Notes under the pieces: model-generated
Told to the model about the DNA's origin: nothing
What the model saw: only the letters and a program-made list of their open reading frames with translations
The model's database searches: none
Position numbers and translations under genes: made by a program
Part shown: piece after piece, positions 20,501 to 31,118 of the stretch
Numbering within the stretch: the stretch's first letter is position 1
Layout: the number at the start of each line of letters is the position of its first letter
Origin: Candidatus Eiseniibacteriota bacterium
GTDB taxonomy: Bacteria > Eisenbacteria > RBG-16-71-46 > CAVPCR01
NCBI GenBank assembly: GCA_963702435.1
Contig: CAVPCR010000002.1
Coordinates: 160,001-224,000 of the forward strand
Length of the DNA stretch: 64,000 bases
Reading direction: 5' to 3'

Positions 20501-22390
20501 ATGAGCGCCCCGCCCCGGGACGTCCCCGCCCCGGCACCCGGCGCCGAGGCGGTGGGACTCAAGGTCGCCAAGCCGCCGAGCAATCTGACCTGGCCGCTCG
20601 CCTGGGCGGTCGTCTTCTGCGACATCGGCACGAGCGTCTACTACGTGCCGGGCATCCTCTACGGCCAGGTCGGCGATCTCGCCACGCTCTTCGTCGTGGC
20701 GACGAGCCTCGGCTTCGTCCTTCTCGCGCTCAAGTACACCGAGGTCACCATCACGCATCCCGAGGGCGGGGGGGTCGTGAGCGTGGCGACCGAGGCATTC
20801 GGGCCTACGGCCGGTGCGCTCGGCGGCATGCTCATCACGACTGACTACTTCCTGACCTCCGCCATCTCGACGACCAGCGGCTTCTACTACCTGAGCTCGA
20901 TCTTCCCGGAGCTCGGTGCGCATGTCGTGGCGCTCACCGTGATCGCACTCTTCCTGATGGCGGTGATCAACGTCATCGGTATCCGCGAGAGCGCAACCCT
21001 CGCCCTCTTCTTCGCCGTCGGTGCGCTCGCCGTGAACCTGGTCGTAATCGGCCTCGCCCTGTTCCAGATCGGGCCCGCCGAGATCGCCCGGCTCGCCACC
21101 CATGCCGCGACCTTCCGCGCGCTCCCTCCCGGCGCGCTGCTCGTCGGGTTCTCGGGGGCGTGGCTCGCGTTCTCGGGGCTCGAGAGCGTGAGCCAGCTGT
21201 CCCCGGCGCTCCGCCGCCCGATCGCCCTCACCGCCCATCGCACGACGGCGGCCGTCATCATCACGATCCTCATCACCTCGCCCTTCCTCACCGCGCTCTC
21301 GATGGCCACGCTCAGCTCCGGGATCAAGAGGGAAGGCAGCGAGTACATGATCTCGGAGCTCGCGTTCGAGCATGGCGGGCTGCTCGCCCGGGCCGCCGTC
21401 GTGCTCACCGCCGGCGCGCTCCTCCTCCTCGCGGCCAACACCGCCATCATCGGCTGCTACCACGTCTTCCTGGCGCTCTCCCGGCAGAAGTTCATGCCGA
21501 AGCTCCTCGCATCGCGCAACCGCCGCTACGGCACCCCGCACCGCGCCATCCTGCTCGCCACCCTGGTGCCGGTGCTCGTGGTCGTCTTCACCCAGGGACA
21601 CCTCCAGCTCCTCGGCGACATGTACTCCTTCGGCCTCCTCGGCGCCTTCACCTTCACCGCGGTGGGTCTCGACGTGACGCGCTGGAGGGCGCGCCGGCGC
21701 GGATTCGTCTTCGTGCTCGGGATCCTCACCTCCGCCATGGTGGCGACGGCATGGGGCGTCAACATCGCGACCAAGCCGCTCGCCACGCTGTTCGGCGGGA
21801 CCGTGACCGGCATCGGGTTGCTGACGGCGCTCGCCATCCGCCGCGATCTTCCGGTCAAAGCCCTGAACCGCCTGCCGGCGGTGGCGCGGCGCGCGGCGCT
21901 GGTCCGCAAGCAGGTCATCGAGGAGGTGCTCGAGCGCGAGCCGATCTTGAACCTCGAGGACGCCCTGGCCGTGAAGACCCTTCTCCCGTCGACCACCATC
22001 GCCGCGCTCCGCGGGCGCAACCCGCGGCTCATCCACGAGGCGATCCGGCGGGCCAAGGCCCAGGGCGGAGTGGCTCTCTACGTGATCGCGGTGACCGAGT
22101 GGCCCGGGCTCTTCTCGGGCGAGCAGATCCGCCCGGATCCGGAGATCATCGCCGCCTTCAACGAGGCCGCCGAGATCGCCGCGGCCTACGACATCACGGT
22201 CGTACCGATCTGGGCGATCTCGGGCAACGCGGCGGCCACCCTGGCCGAGGCGGCGGCCAAGCTCGGCGTGGACGCGGTGATGGTCGGCGTGAGCCAGCGG
22301 ACGTCCATCTACCACATGCTGCGCGGGAACGTCGTGCGCACCCTGACGACGAGCCTGCCCGACAACATCCGCATCATCACCGTCGGCTAG
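20501..22390 (+). CDS. APC family permease with C-terminal universal-stress-protein-like domain
   Basis: DIGTSVYY, PEGGG, AFSGLES, YGTP, many TMs; tail ADA/DAVMVG.S.R....LRGNV. Confidence 0.85.
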   Translation: MSAPPRDVPAPAPGAEAVGLKVAKPPSNLTWPLAWAVVFCDIGTSVYYVPGILYGQVGDLATLFVVATSLGFVLLALKYTEVTITHPEGGGVVSVATEAFGPTAGALGGMLITTDYFLTSAISTTSGFYYLSSIFPELGAHVVALTVIALFLMAVINVIGIRESATLALFFAVGALAVNLVVIGLALFQIGPAEIARLATHAATFRALPPGALLVGFSGAWLAFSGLESVSQLSPALRRPIALTAHRTTAAVIITILITSPFLTALSMATLSSGIKREGSEYMISELAFEHGGLLARAAVVLTAGALLLLAANTAIIGCYHVFLALSRQKFMPKLLASRNRRYGTPHRAILLATLVPVLVVVFTQGHLQLLGDMYSFGLLGAFTFTAVGLDVTRWRARRRGFVFVLGILTSAMVATAWGVNIATKPLATLFGGTVTGIGLLTALAIRRDLPVKALNRLPAVARRAALVRKQVIEEVLEREPILNLEDALAVKTLLPSTTIAALRGRNPRLIHEAIRRAKAQGGVALYVIAVTEWPGLFSGEQIRPDPEIIAAFNEAAEIAAAYDITVVPIWAISGNAAATLAEAAAKLGVDAVMVGVSQRTSIYHMLRGNVVRTLTTSLPDNIRIITVG

Positions 22391-23603
22391 CCAGCGCCTC
22401 GCGATACACGGCGAGCGTCTCCGCGCCGCAGCGCTCGAGTCGATGACGGGCGGCCGCGCTTTCGCGACCGCGGGCGCCGAGCTCGGCCGCGAGCAGAGGC
22501 TCGTGCACGATGCGGCGGAGCGCCGCGCTCCAGCCGGCAAGGTCGTCCGGCCCGACGAGCAGTCCCGCTTCCCCCACCACCTCGGGCAGGGATCCGGCGG
22601 CGGCGGCGATGACCGGCACCCCCATGGCCATCGCCTCGACCGCGGGGAGCCCGAACCCCTCGTAGAGCGAGGGCACGGCGACCAGGGTGGCGCCCGCGTA
22701 GAGGAGCGGCAGATCGGCCTCGGCCACCCGCCCGATGAAGCGAACAGCGTTGCCGCCGGCCGCGGTGATCGCGGCGAGCAGACCCGCCGAGCGCGCCGGC
22801 ACCTCCCCCACGAGGACGAGGCCCACGTCCGGCGCAAGACCGCTCGCGGCGTAGGCCCGCGCCAGGTGGAGGAGATTCTTGTGAGGGCGCACGGCGCCGA
22901 CCGCGAGGCAGTACCGTTCGGGAAGTCCGTGCGCGCGCCGCCATGCGGCGATGCGCGCGGGCTCCGGCGCGCCGGCGGCGAACACCGCCGCGACCCCGGC
23001 CGACACGACGCGGAGCTTCCCGCGCGCGAACGGAAACAACCGCGCCACGTCGTCCGCGGTGCGGCGCGACGGCGTGATCACGCGCCGGGCGCGCCGGAGC
23101 GCCAGTGCGAGCAAACCGCCGGCGATCCGCCGCCGGAACGGGGTCAGGAACTCCGGGAAGAGGAGATGGATAACGTCGTGCACCGTGACCACGAGCGGAT
23201 GCGGCACGGCGAAGGGCAACACGTAGTGCGGCGCATGCACGAGGTCGAGCCGCTCGCGCGCGAGGCGGAGCGGCACGGCCACCTGCTCCGCCAGCGACTG
23301 CTTGGGGGCGGCGAGCTCGATCCAGCGCACGGCCGGCGGACCCGCGGATGCGCCCGGGGTCGCGGCCGCGCCCGGCGGCGCGGCCCTACCTGGGGTCGCG
23401 CCCCCGCCCGGCGCCATGGCCCCGGGGAAGCCGGCCCGGGCCGCCACCGCGTCGATCCAGGTGTCGCGCCAGGGCGGCGGCGGGAGGAGGAGGGTGAGCT
23501 CGATCTCCCGGCCCCCGGCACGGGCCAGGCCGCCGAGGAGATTCCGCACATAGGTGCCGATCCCCATCTCCCAGAGCTGGCGCGCATCGATCGCCACGCG
23601 CAT
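22377..23603 (-). CDS. Glycosyltransferase family 4
   Basis: MRVAIDAR, GIGTY, TVHD, PHKN, PSLYEGFGLPAVEAMAMG. Confidence 0.92.
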   Translation of the reverse strand: MRVAIDARQLWEMGIGTYVRNLLGGLARAGGREIELTLLLPPPPWRDTWIDAVAARAGFPGAMAPGGGATPGRAAPPGAAATPGASAGPPAVRWIELAAPKQSLAEQVAVPLRLARERLDLVHAPHYVLPFAVPHPLVVTVHDVIHLLFPEFLTPFRRRIAGGLLALALRRARRVITPSRRTADDVARLFPFARGKLRVVSAGVAAVFAAGAPEPARIAAWRRAHGLPERYCLAVGAVRPHKNLLHLARAYAASGLAPDVGLVLVGEVPARSAGLLAAITAAGGNAVRFIGRVAEADLPLLYAGATLVAVPSLYEGFGLPAVEAMAMGVPVIAAAAGSLPEVVGEAGLLVGPDDLAGWSAALRRIVHEPLLAAELGARGRESAAARHRLERCGAETLAVYREALASRR

Positions 23604-23737
23604 GGGACCGCTATAATGCACGTCCTCGTCTTTCCTTGACGCCGGGTTCGTCCGGTTGCGCGCCCGCGCGGCGCGCGACCTGCCGCCACCGCTCCGGCCC
23701 GGGAGTATGGACGAGCCGCCGGTTCCTGGGGAGGGGC

Positions 23738-25033
23738 ATGGTCACGCCGCTCGCGCTCGTCAAGCGATCGTATGTCGCCCGCACCACGCTGCTCCTGACC
23801 GGCGGGGACGTGCTCGCGAAGGGCGCCGTCTTCGCAACGCAGATGGTGCTCGCCCGCACCTTCGACGCGGAGGCGATGGGAGCGCTGTCGTTCTGCATGA
23901 TGGTCCTACTCATCGCCTCGGCGGCGGCCGAGTGCGGCGTCAATCCGGCCCTCCTCCGCATCGCGTCGGCCGAGCTCGCCCGCGGGCGCGCTGCCGGCGG
24001 CGCCGTGCGCCTCGCCTTCGGCGTGAAGCTCGGGGCCGGCGCGGCGGTGACGGCGATCGGCGCGCTCCTCGCGCCCCTCCTCGCCCGGCGCTACTTCCCG
24101 GAGGGCGGGGCGACCGGCGCGCTCCTCGCGGCCTTCGCCGGCGGCCTCGCCGCGGCTCTCGGCTCGCTCGCCTCGACCATCTTCATCGCCTGGGAGCGCG
24201 TGCCCCGCGAGCTCGTCGTGCGCGGGGCGGCGACCGCCCTCCGCGTCGGAATCGTGCTGGCCCTCGTCCTCCTGCCCGCCGTGCCGCGCTGGCAGGCGGC
24301 GGCGATCGCGCTCGCGCTCACGCCGCTCCTCCACGCGCTGCTCTCGGCCTCGTTCCTCCCGGCCGCTGCCGCCGCCGGCCCCCCGCTCGCCCCCGACGCC
24401 CGCCGTGAATTCCTGCGCCTGTCATTCACTTTCGGCGGAGCCGGGGCGCTGGGCGTCGCCGCCACGTATCTGCCGGGGCCGATCACCTTCGCCCGCGCGG
24501 GGAACATCGAGGCCGCGCATTTCTACCTGGCGAGCCAGCTCGTGCTCCCGGTCACGGTCCTCCTCAGCCAGTACCTGATGGTGATGTCGGCGCGCACCGC
24601 CCGCGCCCCCGACGGGCGGGCCGCCCTCCACCTGCAATGGCGCTCGCTGCCGTTTCTCGGCGTCCTGGTCCTGGGCCTCGCCGCCCTCTTCCTCGCCGCC
24701 GGCCCCGCCATGACCCTCCTGTGGTCGGACCGCTACGGCGCGGCCGCCCCGGTGGCCCGCGGTCTCCTCGCCGCCACCGCGCTGCAGATCCTCGCCGCGC
24801 CGATCGACGTGCTCGTCTTCTATCACAAGCGCGCCGACATCGCGCTCGCGACGAACCTCCTCTGCGCGGCGGCCGCCGCCGGCCTCGCCTGGTGGCTCGC
24901 TCCCGCGCACGGCGCCGCGGCCGTGGCCTGGGCCTTCGCGCTGAGCGTCCTCGGGAGTCGTCTGGCGGGGCTCCTCCTCCTCGCCACGGGTGGTCTCCGC
25001 GAACGCCGCGGGCACCTCGATGGACGCCCGTGA
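23738..25033 (+). CDS. Wzx-like oligosaccharide flippase
   Basis: Polytopic hydrophobic protein between GT genes; start uncertain. Confidence 0.7.
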   Translation: MVTPLALVKRSYVARTTLLLTGGDVLAKGAVFATQMVLARTFDAEAMGALSFCMMVLLIASAAAECGVNPALLRIASAELARGRAAGGAVRLAFGVKLGAGAAVTAIGALLAPLLARRYFPEGGATGALLAAFAGGLAAALGSLASTIFIAWERVPRELVVRGAATALRVGIVLALVLLPAVPRWQAAAIALALTPLLHALLSASFLPAAAAAGPPLAPDARREFLRLSFTFGGAGALGVAATYLPGPITFARAGNIEAAHFYLASQLVLPVTVLLSQYLMVMSARTARAPDGRAALHLQWRSLPFLGVLVLGLAALFLAAGPAMTLLWSDRYGAAAPVARGLLAATALQILAAPIDVLVFYHKRADIALATNLLCAAAAAGLAWWLAPAHGAAAVAWAFALSVLGSRLAGLLLLATGGLRERRGHLDGRP

Positions 25034-25058
25034 CCGCCGCGCTCCGGGTCTCGCCCCC

Positions 25059-26225
25059 ATGACCTCCCCGCGCTTTCGCCTCGGCGTGGACGCCCGCCCG
25101 CTCGCGACCCCGCTCACCGGGATCGGTATCGCGGTGCGCGAGACGCTCCACGCGCTCGCGGTCCTCGCCCCCGAGATGGAGATCCTCTGCTACACGGCGC
25201 GGGGCGGCGACCGCGTGGCTCTCGAACTGCCGCCCGGGAGCCGGGCCACGGTGCGCGAGGGCACGGGCCTCGCCGCCCGCTTCGGCACGCCGTGGCTCCA
25301 CTGGGGCGCGAGCGGGCTCCTCGCCGCCGATCGGCTCGACGTCTTCTGGGGGACGAACCTCGTCCTTCCGGTCGGCCTGCGCGGCCGGATCCCGCTCGTC
25401 GTCACCTGCAACGACCTCGTGTATCGCCTTCACCCACAAACGCTCTCCCGGCGGGATCGCCTCCTCCTCGCCCCGGTGGCGAGTCGCTCGCTCCGCGCCG
25501 CGGATCGCGTGATCGCGATCTCGGCCGCGACCGCCCGTGACCTCCTCCGCTTCCATCCGCTCGACCCGGCGCGCGTGCATGTCGTCCCGCTCGCCCCGGG
25601 CCGCGAGTTCCGGCCGCTCGACCCGGCGCGCGCGCGCGCGGCGGTCAGGGATCGATTCGGGATCGAGCGCGACTACGTGCTCTTCGTCGGGACGCGCGAG
25701 CCCCGGAAGAACCTGCCGGGTTTCCTCCGCGCCATGGCCGAGGTCGCGAGCGCCTTCCCCGGAGACGCCGTCGTCGCCGGCGGGACCGGCTGGGGCCTCG
25801 CCGACCCCGCCTCCCTCGGGCGCGGTCATCCGCTCGGCGAACGACTCCGCTTCCTCGGCTACGTCCCGGCGGCGGACCTGCCGTTCCTCTACGCCGGCGC
25901 CACGCTCTTCGTCATGCCGTCCTTCTACGAGGGATTCGGGCTGCCCGTCCTCGAGGCGATGGCGGCGGGCGTTCCCGTCGTCACCACCACCGGCGGCGCG
26001 CTCGAGGAGGTGAGCGGCGGCGCGGCGCGGCTGGTGCCGCCCGGCGACGATCGCGCTCTCGCCGTCGCGATCGCCGACCTGCTCGTCGACGGGCCGGCGC
26101 GCACCGAGCTCCGGACGCGGGGCCTCGCGCGCGCCGCCAGCTTCAGCTGGGAAGCCACCGCGGCCGGACTCCTCGCCGTCCTCGAAGAGGTCCGCCGTTC
26201 CTGGCAGCCCCCACCGGCCTCCTAG
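25059..26225 (+). CDS. Glycosyltransferase family 4
   Basis: GVDARPL, TGIG, VGTREPRKN, PSFYEGFGLPVLEAMAAG. Confidence 0.92.
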   Translation: MTSPRFRLGVDARPLATPLTGIGIAVRETLHALAVLAPEMEILCYTARGGDRVALELPPGSRATVREGTGLAARFGTPWLHWGASGLLAADRLDVFWGTNLVLPVGLRGRIPLVVTCNDLVYRLHPQTLSRRDRLLLAPVASRSLRAADRVIAISAATARDLLRFHPLDPARVHVVPLAPGREFRPLDPARARAAVRDRFGIERDYVLFVGTREPRKNLPGFLRAMAEVASAFPGDAVVAGGTGWGLADPASLGRGHPLGERLRFLGYVPAADLPFLYAGATLFVMPSFYEGFGLPVLEAMAAGVPVVTTTGGALEEVSGGAARLVPPGDDRALAVAIADLLVDGPARTELRTRGLARAASFSWEATAAGLLAVLEEVRRSWQPPPAS

Positions 26226-26234
26226 GCATCCGCA

Positions 26235-27371
26235 TCATGGAAGCGAGGAGCTCTCGCCCGCGGCGCCGGTCGCGAGGAGACCGAGGCCGGCGAGGTGCGC
26301 GCGGGCCGCGGCGACGAAGGCGGGGCGCGAGAAGCGCTCGGCATGGGCGCGGATCGCAGCCGGGTCCCACGCCGTCGCCTCGCACTCCGCCATGGCGCCG
26401 GCGAGAGCCGCCGCCGTCTGCGGCGTGAAGAGGATCCCGGTCCGCCCCTCGACCACCGTCTCGAGAGCGCCGCCCTTGCCATAGGCGAGGACCGGCCGCC
26501 CGGAGGCCATGGCCTCGAGCGGGGCGATCCCGAAGTCCTCCTCCCCCGGCATGAGGAGGGCGCGCGCCCGGCGGTAGGCGCGCGCGAGCCCCGCGTCGTC
26601 GAGCCAGCCATGGAAGCGCACGTCGCCGTTTCCTGCGATCGCGCGCAGTTTCTGCTCGTCCGGACCGGTGCCGATCACATCGAGGCCGGCCCCGCGGGCG
26701 GCGGCCGCGACGATCGCGAGATCCACGCGTTTGTACGGCACGAGGGCGGAGACGACGAGATAGCGATCTCCGGCCCGGCCGCCCGCCGCGTCCGGCGTGA
26801 ACCGCTCGAGGTCCACCCACGGATGGAGGACATGGGCCTCGCGGCCGTAGAGCCGGCGGATGCGCTCGCGCACGTTCTCCGAGTTGGCGATCCAGTGGTC
26901 GACCCCGGCGGCGGTCGCGAGGTCCCAGCGCCGGAGCGGCCCGCGCGCGATGCGCATGGCGAGCCGGGTCGGGAGCCCCGCGCGGCCCGGCGCGAAGTAG
27001 TCGGCATAGAGATCCCACAGGTAGCGCATCGGCGTGTGGCAGTAGCAGACGTGCACCGCGCCGCGCGGCTTCCTGACCGCCTTGGCTGCCGCGTGGCTCG
27101 AGGAGAGGAGGAGATCGCACGGCGGGACGCGGAGGGTGGCCGCCGCCGCCGGATAGAGCGGCAGAAGACGCCGGTAGTAGCGCTCGGCCCCGGGCAGGCG
27201 GCCGAGAAAGGACACCCGGATCGGGTGAGACTCGAGGGCCGCGCTCACCGCGCCGCGGCGATGGACGAGGGTCAGGATGGGCGCATCGGGAAAGAGCTCG
27301 GCCAGGGACTCGAGCACCTTCTCTCCCCCGCGCATCCCGGTGAGCCAGTCGTGGACGAGAACCGCACGCAT
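26235..27371 (-). CDS. Glycosyltransferase family 4 (WbaZ-like)
   Basis: LVHDWLTGMRGGEKVL, YCHTPMRYLWD, LVPYKRVD, EDFGIAPLEAMASG. Confidence 0.92.
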   Translation of the reverse strand: MRAVLVHDWLTGMRGGEKVLESLAELFPDAPILTLVHRRGAVSAALESHPIRVSFLGRLPGAERYYRRLLPLYPAAAATLRVPPCDLLLSSSHAAAKAVRKPRGAVHVCYCHTPMRYLWDLYADYFAPGRAGLPTRLAMRIARGPLRRWDLATAAGVDHWIANSENVRERIRRLYGREAHVLHPWVDLERFTPDAAGGRAGDRYLVVSALVPYKRVDLAIVAAAARGAGLDVIGTGPDEQKLRAIAGNGDVRFHGWLDDAGLARAYRRARALLMPGEEDFGIAPLEAMASGRPVLAYGKGGALETVVEGRTGILFTPQTAAALAGAMAECEATAWDPAAIRAHAERFSRPAFVAAARAHLAGLGLLATGAAGESSSLP

Positions 27372-27380
27372 CCCGGAACC

Positions 27381-28598
27381 CTACCGAGCGGCGAGCCGCA
27401 TCGTGAGGCGGCCGAGGACCGTGTCGAGGACCGCCCGCCCGCGCGCCGTCGCGGCGAGGCGACCGCGGGCGACGGTGAGGAATCCGCCGCCGATCAGCAC
27501 GTCGACCTCGCCGCCGGCGGCGGCGGCGAGGTCGACACCGAAGCGGCGCGCGAAGGCCGCAAGCTCGATCCCCCCGGTCAGGCGGAGACCGAGGAGGAGG
27601 AACTCGGCCATCGCCTGCTCGGCGCTCACGGCCTCGGCCGGCCCCGCGGGCGACTCCCCGCGCTCGAGCCGCCCCACGTAGTGGGCCAGGTCGCGCCCGT
27701 TCGCCCGCCGGATGCCGAACGCGCCTCCGGGCAGGTAGGAATGGGCGCTCGGACCGAACCCGAGGTAGAACCCGCTGCGCCAGATGGCCAGGTTGTGCCG
27801 GCACTCCTCACCCGGCCGCGCGAAGTTCGAGATCTCGTAGCGCTCGAGGCCGGCGCGGGCCGCGCGCGTGGCGACCATCTCGTCCTGCACGAGGTACTCC
27901 TCGTCCGGCGCCGCGCAGAGCTCGCCCCGGGCCGCGAGCGCGCCGAAGACCGTGCCCGCCTCGAGCGTGAGCCCATAGGCGGAGAGATGATCGGGCGCGA
28001 GCGCGAGGAGCCGGTCGAGCGTCTCGCCGAGGCTCGCGCGGGCAACGCCGGGCACGGCCAGGATCAGGTCGAAGTTGACTCGGGGAAAGGTGGCGCGGGC
28101 GAGCCGCGCGGCGGCGAAGGCGGCGGCCGCATCGTGCGGGCGCCCGAGCCGGGCGAGCACCCGGTCGTCGAGGGACTGGACGCCGAGGCTCACCCGGTCG
28201 ACCCCGAGGTCGCGAAGCGCGCGGGCGCGCTCCGCGGTCAGGCTCTCCGGATTGCACTCGACCGTGAACTCGGCACCCGATGCGAGCGGGAACGCGCCGC
28301 GGATCGCGCTCGCCAGCCGGGCGAGGGCCGCAGGCGCGAGATGGCTCGGCGTGCCGCCGCCGATGAAGAGGCTCGCCGCCGGGCCGGCCGCGCGGAGCGG
28401 CGCGACGAGGGGATCGCCCGCCGCGGCCGCCGCCTCGGCCGCGGCCGCCGCCACGTAGGGCTCGACCCAGCTCTCCGGGAACACGCCGGAGTAGAAGTCG
28501 CAGTACGGGCACTTGGTGGCGCAGAACGGCGTGTGCAGGTAGAGGCCGTACTCGAGCGGCGCGGCCGCCAGAGCTTCACTCCCCGCGCGCTCGTTCAA
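27381..28598 (-). CDS. hemW: Radical SAM heme chaperone HemW
   Basis: YLHTPFCATKCPYCDF, GGGTPS, YEISNFA, CRHN, GFGPSAHS; downstream of lepA/lepB; start uncertain. Confidence 0.9.
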   Translation of the reverse strand: MNERAGSEALAAAPLEYGLYLHTPFCATKCPYCDFYSGVFPESWVEPYVAAAAAEAAAAAGDPLVAPLRAAGPAASLFIGGGTPSHLAPAALARLASAIRGAFPLASGAEFTVECNPESLTAERARALRDLGVDRVSLGVQSLDDRVLARLGRPHDAAAAFAAARLARATFPRVNFDLILAVPGVARASLGETLDRLLALAPDHLSAYGLTLEAGTVFGALAARGELCAAPDEEYLVQDEMVATRAARAGLERYEISNFARPGEECRHNLAIWRSGFYLGFGPSAHSYLPGGAFGIRRANGRDLAHYVGRLERGESPAGPAEAVSAEQAMAEFLLLGLRLTGGIELAAFARRFGVDLAAAAGGEVDVLIGGGFLTVARGRLAATARGRAVLDTVLGRLTMRLAAR

Positions 28599-28618
28599 TT
28601 CACCGCTCGCGCCGCCGG

Positions 28619-29287
28619 CTAGTGGATGATGTCCCCGATCCGCGCGAGCCGCGGCGTCGGGATGAAGCCGATCCGCTTCTCGGGATCCCACGACCAGTAG
28701 ATGAACATCGCCTTGCCCTTGATCAGGTGGCGGTCGAGGAAGCCCCAGTACCGCGAGTCCGAGCTGTTGTCGCGGTTGTCGCCCATCATGAACAAATGCC
28801 CGGGCGGCACGCGCTCCGGCCCGAAGTTGTCGCGGGGATCGCCGTGGCCGCGGCGGACTGTGCGGTCGGTGTACTTGGTGAACGACTCCTGGCGGAGGAC
28901 CCCGTCCACGTAGAGCTGCTTGTCGCGGATCTCGACCACCTGACCCTCGGTGGCCACGCAGCGCTTGATGAAGTCCTTGGAGGGATCCCGCGGATAGCGG
29001 AAGACGATGATGTCGCCCGGCCGGGGCGGCCGGAGCGCCGGCAGGTGGATGTTGGTGAACGGCACCTCGGCCCCGTACAGGAACTTGTTGACGAAGAGGA
29101 AGTCGCCGACGAGGAGGGTATCCTCCATCGACCCCGTGGGAATGCGGAAGGCCTGGATCACGAAGGAGCGGAGAATGAAGGTGAGGAGGACGGCGAGGAG
29201 GATGGCCTCCGCGTATTCGTGGACGATCGACTTCCGCCGCCGCGCGGCCGGCGCCGCCGCCACCGTCATCGAGTCGCGGCGGGCCAT
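28619..29287 (-). CDS. lepB: Signal peptidase I
   Basis: IPTGSMEDTLLVGD, FIKRC, MMGDNRDNSSDSRYWG; TGATG coupling to lepA. Confidence 0.96.
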   Translation of the reverse strand: MARRDSMTVAAAPAARRRKSIVHEYAEAILLAVLLTFILRSFVIQAFRIPTGSMEDTLLVGDFLFVNKFLYGAEVPFTNIHLPALRPPRPGDIIVFRYPRDPSKDFIKRCVATEGQVVEIRDKQLYVDGVLRQESFTKYTDRTVRRGHGDPRDNFGPERVPPGHLFMMGDNRDNSSDSRYWGFLDRHLIKGKAMFIYWSWDPEKRIGFIPTPRLARIGDIIH

Positions 29288-31092
29288 CACTTGCCCACCT
29301 TGAGCACGGCCAGGAAGGCCTCCTGGGGCACCTCGACCGAGCCGATCTGCTTCATGCGCTTCTTGCCCTCCTTCTGCTTCTCGAGGAGCTTCCGCTTGCG
29401 GGTGATATCGCCCCCGTAGCACTTGGCGGTGACGTTCTTGCGAAGGGCCGACACGGTCTCGCGGGCGACCACCCGCGATCCGATCGCGGCCTGGATGGCG
29501 ATCTGGAACAGCTGCCGGGGAATGAGCGCCTTGAGCTTTTCGCAGAGTTCCTTCCCCCATTCGAAGGCCTTGTCGGCATGGAGGATCGCCGAGAGGGCGT
29601 CCACCGGATCCCCGTTCAGGAGGATGTCCATCTTGACCACCTTGGACGCCCGGTAGACACCGACCTCGTAGTCGAACGAGGCGTAACCCTTGGAGACCGA
29701 CTTGAGCCGGTCGTAGAAGTCGAGCACCACCTCGGCCAGCGGCATCTCGTAGTGGAGCATGGCGCGGTTGGGCACCGGGTAGTCGATGCTGCCGAAGATA
29801 CCGCGCCGGTCCTGGCAGAGTTTCATCAGGTTCCCCAGGTAGTCGGGCGGGCTCACGATCGTGGCCCGCACCATGGGCTCCTCGATCTCGGCGATCTCGA
29901 TCGCGGGCGGCATCCGGGACGGGTTGTCGACGAGGACGACCTCCCCGTTCATGAGGTGCACCCGGTAGGCCACGCTCGGCACGGTCGAGATCAGGTGCAG
30001 GTTGTACTCCCGGGTGAGCCGCTCGCGGATGATCTCCATGTGGAGGAGGCCGAGGAACCCGGCGCGGAACCCGAAGCCGAGGGCCGCCGAGGTTTCCGGC
30101 TCGTAGGAGAGCGAGGCATCGTTCAGCTTGAGCTTGGCGAGCGCGTCGCGGAGGTTGGGGTACTCCTCGGTATCCACCGGGTAGAGCCCGGAGAAGACCA
30201 TGGGCTTGAGCGGCTGGTACCCGGGGAGCGGATGCACGGCGGTGCGCTCGGCATCGAGGATCGTGTCCCCGACCTGGACCTCGGCGACGTCCCTGATGCC
30301 GGCCACGACGTAGCCGACGTCACCGGCCCGGATCGCGGGCTGCGGGTCGAGCCCGAGGCGGAAGCGCCCCACCTCCAGCACCTCGTAGACCGGCCCGGTG
30401 GGCCCGCTGGCGTAGAAGCGGATCCTGGTGCCCGGCCGGATCTCCCCCTCGACCACCCGGAGGGTCGGGATGACCCCCCGAAACTGGTTGAACTCCGAGT
30501 CGAAGATCAAGGCGCGCAAAGGCGATGCGCTGGCGTCCAGGGGCGGCGGGATCCTCTCCACGACCGCTTCGAGGAGGGCCTCGATGCCGGTCCCCAGCTT
30601 GGCGCTCACCCGGACCACCCGATCCGGCAGCTCCCCGACCAGCTCGGCCACCTCCTGCGCCACCTCCTCGGTGCGCGCCGCCGGAAGGTCGATCTTGTTG
30701 ATGACCGGGATGATCGTGAGGTCGTTCTCGAGGGCCAGGTAGAAGTTGGACATGGTCTGGGCCTCGATGCCCTGGGCGGCATCCACGACCAGGATGGCGC
30801 CCTCGCAGGCGGCGAGGCTCCGCGAGACCTCGTAGGTGAAATCCACGTGCCCCGGGGTATCGATGAGGTTGAGCTGGTAGGTCTCGCCATCGCGGGCCTC
30901 GTAGGAGAGCGCGATCGGATGGGCCTTGATGGTGATGCCCCGCTCCCGCTCGAGATCCATGTCGTCGAGGACCTGGTCCATCATCTGATTGGTCGGGATG
31001 GCGTGGGTGACCTCGAGCAGGCGATCGGCCAGGGTGGACTTCCCGTGGTCGATGTGCGCGATGATGCAGAAATTGCGGATGGTCTTGGTCAT
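29287..31092 (-). CDS. lepA: Elongation factor 4
   Basis: [49 protein letters not shown]. Confidence 0.98.
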   Translation of the reverse strand: MTKTIRNFCIIAHIDHGKSTLADRLLEVTHAIPTNQMMDQVLDDMDLERERGITIKAHPIALSYEARDGETYQLNLIDTPGHVDFTYEVSRSLAACEGAILVVDAAQGIEAQTMSNFYLALENDLTIIPVINKIDLPAARTEEVAQEVAELVGELPDRVVRVSAKLGTGIEALLEAVVERIPPPLDASASPLRALIFDSEFNQFRGVIPTLRVVEGEIRPGTRIRFYASGPTGPVYEVLEVGRFRLGLDPQPAIRAGDVGYVVAGIRDVAEVQVGDTILDAERTAVHPLPGYQPLKPMVFSGLYPVDTEEYPNLRDALAKLKLNDASLSYEPETSAALGFGFRAGFLGLLHMEIIRERLTREYNLHLISTVPSVAYRVHLMNGEVVLVDNPSRMPPAIEIAEIEEPMVRATIVSPPDYLGNLMKLCQDRRGIFGSIDYPVPNRAMLHYEMPLAEVVLDFYDRLKSVSKGYASFDYEVGVYRASKVVKMDILLNGDPVDALSAILHADKAFEWGKELCEKLKALIPRQLFQIAIQAAIGSRVVARETVSALRKNVTAKCYGGDITRKRKLLEKQKEGKKRMKQIGSVEVPQEAFLAVLKVGK

Positions 31093-31118
31093 CGGGAGCC
31101 AGAGGTCCTACAAGCCGA

